Positions 58,645 to 64,000 of a stretch of 64,000 nucleotides of DNA are shown here, in pieces. This stretch comes from Mobula hypostoma. Taxonomy: Eukaryota. Position 1 is the first letter of the stretch, and each line of letters opens with the position of its first letter. Both the position numbers and the translations under genes were made by a program. The stretch spans positions 62,126,001 through 62,190,000 of the forward strand of contig NC_086097.1 in the NCBI RefSeq assembly GCF_963921235.1, in the 5' to 3' direction. The notes under the pieces are model-generated. The model did not search any database. It was not told where the DNA came from and saw nothing but the letters and a program-made list of their open reading frames with translations.

Positions 58645-59337
58645 AACCTCCAGGTTGAGTCGGTGGTGAAGAAGGCGAATGCAATGTTGGCATTCATTTC
58701 TAGAGGAATAGAGTATAGGAGCAGGGATGTGATGTTGAGGCTCTATAAGGCGCTGGTGAGACCTCACTTGGAGTACTGTGGGCAGTTTTGGTCTCCTTAT
58801 TTAAGAAAGGATGTGCTGACGTTGGAGAGGGTACAGAGAAGATTCACTAGAATGATTCTGGGAATGAGAGGGTTAACATATGAGGAACGTTTGTTCACTC
58901 TTGGACTGTATTCCTTGGAGTTTAGAAGAATGAGGGGAGACCTCATAGAAACATTTCGGATGTTGAAAGGCATGGACAGAGTGGATGTGGCAATGTTGTT
59001 TCCCATGATGGGGGAGTCTAGTGCGAGAGGGCATGACTTAAGGATTGAAGGGCGCCCATTCAGAGCAGAAATGCAAAGAAATTTTTTTAGTCAGAGGGTG
59101 GTGAATCTATGGAATTTGTTGCAACGGGCAGCAGTGGAGGCCAAGTCATTGGGCGTATATAAGGCAGAGATTGATAGGTATCTGAGTAGCCAGGGCATCA
59201 AAGGTTATGGTAAGAAGGCAGGGGAGTGGGACTAAATGGGAGAATGGATCAGCTCATGATAAAATGGCGGAGCAGACTTGATGGGCCGAATGGCCGACTT
59301 CTGCTCCTTTGTCTTATGGTCTTATGGTCTTATGGTC
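58645..59337 (+). mobile_element. Young 5'-truncated CR1 LINE
   Basis: Uninterrupted 190-aa ORF 58663-59235 (LYKALVRPHLEYCGQFWSP...FFSQRVVNLWN); three copies of the tcttatgg tail. Confidence 0.95.
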
Positions 59338-59503
59338 TCTTTAATAATGGATGCACTTGATAGCTTGATCCTACTGATTTCCATGTATTTTTCTTTTATT
59401 AAATTCTTCTAATTCTCTATAACTTTTGAATTAACTGCAAAGTCACATCTCAGTCTTTTACCCACTTTTACCCACTTTTACAACCAATAGTGATAAACAT
59501 TGC

Positions 59504-59597
59504 AACACACACAAAGTGCTGGTGGAATGCAGCAGGCCACCAGTGTTTTGTGTGTGTTGCTTGAATTTCCAGAATCTGCAGATTTCCTTGTGTTTGC
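59504..59597. mobile_element. 94-bp Penelope-tail hairpin insertion with perfect 14-bp TSD
   Basis: TSD gtgataaacattgc at 59490-59503 and 59598-59611; fold-back aacacacacaaagtgctggtgg / ccaccagtgttttgtgtgtgtt. Confidence 0.88.
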
Positions 59598-59888
59598 GTG
59601 ATAAACATTGCCATGTTTCAATTTTTTTGAGAAAATTACCGTTAATTTACTCTTAATATCTTTTGTTTCAGACTCATAGCTAAAGATAATATCATGTGGA
59701 TGCTTAACCCATTTACCTTAGAATTTCCTTCTGTTAATTTCAGCGAGGGGTTAATCCTATAATAACAATGGGAGCATAATGTTAGGTGAATGTTTTATGT
59801 ATTTGCATATTAATATCATACAGCCCTAACCTCAGAGCACTTTTCAGCTCTAAGTATGAATGAACAGTTCTATTGACATATTCAGTTC

Positions 59889-60270
59889 CTTTTTTTCCAT
59901 ATATACCTAATAGAACGAAAAAAAACCCAGAAAAAAAACCTGCCGTGCAACTAAACTAACAAAGCAAAGCAATGGGCTAACTAGGTATATACTAGACTTT
60001 GAACAATTCAACAATCACGTCCTCAAACCCGACCTCCGCTAATAACAGATAAAATCCATGAAGGGAATGTATATATGGTCAGAGAGAAAAAAATAGTTAT
60101 ATTAAATGAAAATATTGCATAAATGATCTCCAGGTCTGTTCAAATTTAACTGAAGTATCATAAAGATTACTTCTGATTTTTACCAAATTTAAACACTGTA
60201 TCATTTGAGAGAACCAAAAAAATGTAGTTGGGGCATTAATCTCCTTCCAATGTTGTAGAATACATCTTTA
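59889..60270 (-). mobile_element. L1/Tx1-clade LINE 3' fragment
   Basis: T-rich start; antisense ILQHWKEINAPTTFFWFSQMIQCLNLVKIRS, homologous to the C-terminus of ORF 62678-63343; flanked by ttgac(at)attcagttc repeats. Confidence 0.75.
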
Positions 60271-60329
60271 TATATATATTTGACATTCAGTTCTTGAAGA
60301 TCTCCACTGGATTTTATAATTTAAGTTAG

Positions 60330-63300
60330 ACCATAAGATCATAAGACATAGGATCAGAATTAGGCCATTTTTCCCATTAAGTCTGTTCCACCATTCCACC
60401 ATGGCTGATTTATTATCCCTATCAAACCATTCTCTCGCCTCCTGCCCATATCATTTGACACCCTAACTAATCAAGAAGCTATCAACCGCTGCTTTAAATA
60501 TACTGTATGACTTTGCCTCCACAGCTGTAAAAAGCAATGAATTCCACAGATTCAACGCTCTTTGGTTAAAGGAATTCTTCCTCATCTCTGATCTAAATGG
60601 ATGTCGTTCTATTGAGGCTGTGCGCTCTGGTGGTAGACTCACCCACTAAAGGAAAGATCCACTCCTCATCCACTCTGTCTAAGTTTTTCAATACCTGATA
60701 AGTTTCAACGAGAACCTGCCCTAATTCTTCTAAACTCCAGTGAGTATAGGCCCAGAGCCATCAATTGCTCATCATACATTAGCCTTTTCGTGCCCGGAAT
60801 CATTCTTGTGAAAATCCTTTGGGGCCTTTCCAATGCCAACAAATGTTTTCTTCAATAAGGGGTCAAAACCTGCTCAGAATACTCCAAGAGCAGTCTGATC
60901 AATGCCTTATAAAGACTCAGCATCATGTCCTTGCCCTTACATCCTAGTCCTCTCAAAATTAATGCTAACATTACATTTGCCTTCACCACAATTGACTCAA
61001 CCTGCAAGTTAAACTTTGGGCAATCCAGCACAAGGACTCCCAAGTCCTTTTGCACTTCTGATTTTTGAATTTTATCCCCATTTAGAAAATAGTCTATGCC
61101 TTTATTCCTTTGAACTAAATGCATGACTACACACCTCCCTACACTATCTGCCACTACTTTGCCCAATCTTCCAATCCATCTAAGTCCTTCTGCAGACTTC
61201 CTGTTTTCTCAACACTACCCACCCCTCCACATAGCTTCATATTCTCTGCAAACATGGCTACAAAGCCATCAATTCATTCACCCAAATTGTTGACCTATAA
61301 CATGCATCCTTCCTGCAATACCTTGGGCTCTCATCTTGTAAGCAGCCTCAGGTGCAGAACCATGTCAAAGGCCTTCTGAAAATACAAGTAGACAACATTT
61401 ACTGACATTCCTTTGCTTACCCTGCTGTTATTTCTGCAAATATTTCCAACAGTCAAGATTTCCATTAAGAAAACCATGCAAACTTTAGCTTAACTTAACA
61501 TGTGCTTCCAAGTACCCCGAAAGCTCATCCTTAATAATGGTCTCAGACATCTTCCCAGCCACCGAAATCAGGCTAGCAGGTCTATAATTTCCTTTCTTCT
61601 GCCTCCCTTCATTGTAAAAGACATTTGCAATTTTCCATTCCTCTGGAACCATTCCAGAATCTAATAATTCTTGAACGATCATTACTAATGCCTCCACAAT
61701 CACCTCAGCTACTTCTTTCAGAACATCTGGTCTAGGTGACTTATCTACCTTCAGCAGACCAGTTATCTTCCCAGTTATGTTCACCATAGTAATAGTAACC
61801 ACAAGATTGCCCCAGACACTCTTGAATTTCTGTCATACTTCTGGTATCTTCCACAGTGAAGCCAGATGCAAAGTGCTCATTAAGTTCCTCCGCCATTTCT
61901 TTGTTCTCCATTACTACCTCTCCAGCGTCATTACCAGCAGACTGATACCCACTTTCACCTTCCTTTTACTCTTTATGTATCTGAATAAACTTTTGGTATT
62001 GTCTTTGAAATTATTGGCTAGCTTACCTTCATATTTCATTTTTTTTCCCCTTATGGCTTTTTTATTTGCTTTCTTAGTTTTAAATAGCTTTCCAATCCTC
62101 TAATATTCCTCCATTTCTTTCCTGTATTATATGCCCTCTTGTTTGCTGTTATGTTCTCTTTGACTTTGTCAGCTACAGTAGCCTCATCCTCCCTTTACAA
62201 AACAACTTCTGCTTTGTGGTGTATCTATCCTGTGCCTTCCAAATGACTCCCAGAAACTCCAGCCACTTTCTGCTCTGCCATCATCTCTGCTAGTGTCTCC
62301 TTCCAATCAGCTTTGGCCAGCCTTACTCACGCCTCAGTAATTCCTTTTATTCCACAGTAACACAGATACCTCTGACTTTCTTTCCTTCTTTTCAAATCTT
62401 TTTATTGTTATATTATACAAAAGAAATAACACGAGTACATTGAAGTAACAACACTTACAATGTCTCAAAAAAGACATTATCTAAAAGATTGAAAAAAAAA
62501 TTTGTGGTAACAAAAAAAACCTACTAAGCAGAAAAAGTGGGAAAAAAAAACCATTAGGTGTACAACCCCGGAGCCATGCATCATACAAAAAGCTTCTAAA
62601 AATAAACATCAAACCGCCAGCAAGAAAAGAAAATATACCAAAAAATTTACAATTAGATCGTGGAATAAATCTACCAATTAGCTCAAATGATAATAACGAG
62701 CAAATGAGCCCCATCTTTTCACAAAATCAAATAAAGGTTCAAAGGTTTGACTTCCAATTTTCTCCAAACTAAGACATAGCATCACTTGAGAGAACCATTG
62801 TGAGAAAGTGGGAGCTGATGTATCCTTCCACTTCAACAAAATGGCCCTCCTAGCTATCAATGTAACAAATGAAATAACATGTTGGTCAGACAGAGAAATA
62901 CCATGAATATTTTGAGGAATTATTCCAAAAAGCACAGTTAATTTATTAGGTTGTAGATTAATTTTAAGTGCTTTAGAAATTGTTGAAGAAACTGACTTCC
63001 AGAACTGTTCCAATATAGAACTAGACCAAAACATGTGTGTCAGTATAGCTATCTCAGTTTTACATCTATCACAATAACTATCAACATTAGAAAATATTTT
63101 AGAAAGTCTCTGCTTCGTCAAATGATAACGATGTACAATTTTAAATTGAATCATTGAATGGCTAGCACAAATTGAAGAAGAGTTAACCAACTTCAAAATG
63201 TACGTCCAATCCTCTGTCATAAAACTCAAATTGGGTTCCTTTTCCCAATCCTGTTTAATCTTAGATAAAGGATGCTTATCCCATTGTAATAATAAATTAT

Positions 63301-63730
63301 AAATTCTTCCAATAGAATCCTCGATCGAAGGATTCATACTCATAACAGGTCAGCCTCCAATATGTAAGGAATGACTATATCTACTCCTTCTCAAACTGCA
63401 GGGTGAATTCTATCATCTTATGACCAATGCCTCCTAAGATCTCCTTTACATTAAGCTAAATAATTAAATGTGGTTGATCACACAGCCCCCAGTCCAGAAT
63501 TGCCTTGCCACTCAAACACAGCTAGTCTAAAAAGCCATCTTTTAGACATTCTACAGATTCTTCTCTTGGCATCCAGCATCAGACTGATTTTTTTTCCCAA
63601 TCTACCTGCACATTGAAATCCCTCAAAACAATCATAACATTACCCTTCTTTCATGGCTTTTCTATCTCTCTCTAATTTGTACTCCACATCCTGGCTACTG
63701 TTCAGACCTTTCAGGGTCTTTTTATACTGT
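60330..63730 (-). mobile_element. Decayed CR1 LINE interrupted by an L1-clade fragment
   Basis: KSPRPD, VPEEWKIANV, GNYRPASLISVAGK, LYKALIRLLLEYSEQV; tail ccataagatcataagacatagg at about 60331. Confidence 0.85.
62385..63362 (-). mobile_element. L1/Tx1-clade LINE, 5'-truncated, ORF2 C-terminal zinc-finger region
   Basis: ORF 62678-63343 IQFKIVHRYHLT...CDRCK...LTHMFWS...FWK; AATAAA and A-rich tail near 62400. Confidence 0.9.
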
Positions 63731-63734
63731 TGGC

Positions 63735-64000
63735 AATACATAGAAAATGCTGGATAAACTCAGAAGGTCATACAGTATCCATTGAAAAGAACTGTCACTG
63801 GGCTGAGACCTTCATCAGGACTGGACAGGAAGGCAGAATAAAAAGGTGGGGGAAGGGGAGGATGATAGGTAGGTGATAGATAAATCCAGGCAGATGCAAA
63901 AGGCAAAGGGCTGTAGGGGAAGGGATTGGGCAGGAGAGGAGAGTGGACCATGGGGGAAAGGGAAGGAGGAGGGGCAGCAGGGGAAGGAGACAGGCAGGTG
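63735..64000 (-). mobile_element. Penelope-derived 3' tail, running off the window end
   Basis: aaaatgctggataaactcag...gggctgagaccttcatcaggact followed by a purine-rich tract, the antisense of the tails at 42100-42470 and 43450-43870. Confidence 0.75.

Noticed and set aside
58640..59235. Polypyrimidine-CAG followed by a 190-aa ORF, looking like a terminal host exon
   Set aside because: The ORF is the CR1 ORF2 C-terminus and is followed by the CR1 3'UTR and tail.

Overview
Eukaryotic, repeat-dense vertebrate genomic DNA with no host gene that I can support. The repeat families (HE1/V-type and Deu-type SINEs, CR1 LINEs with octamer tails, abundant Penelope-derived tails) suggest a cartilaginous fish, probably a ray; this is inference. 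The window is a graveyard of nested transposons. It holds four decayed coding Ty3/Gypsy elements: a CsRN1-type (16971-20923), a PNMA-gag type with a ~4.2 kb minisatellite expansion inside one LTR (21434-31702), a PBS-less element (33804-38300) and a truncated Mag-like element (38862-41685). It also holds two Sushi/chromovirus-like deletion derivatives, a candidate solo LTR, CR1, Rex/Babar, RTE and L1-clade LINE pieces, Penelope-like elements with minimal hammerhead ribozymes, SINEs and Tc1/mariner MITEs. The most interesting signal is tRNA-independent priming. The element at 33804-38300 has, in place of a tRNA primer-binding site, a 15-nt antisense copy of its own LTR AATAAA-containing segment, and its RT motif reads YLDN. 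Two other elements show Tf1/Sushi-style self-complementary PBSs. All ORFs are TE-derived and mostly broken; the very long Pro/Ser- or Arg/Gly-rich ORFs at 21.6-26 kb are repeat artefacts. Boundaries with TSDs are exact as read by eye; others are approximate.
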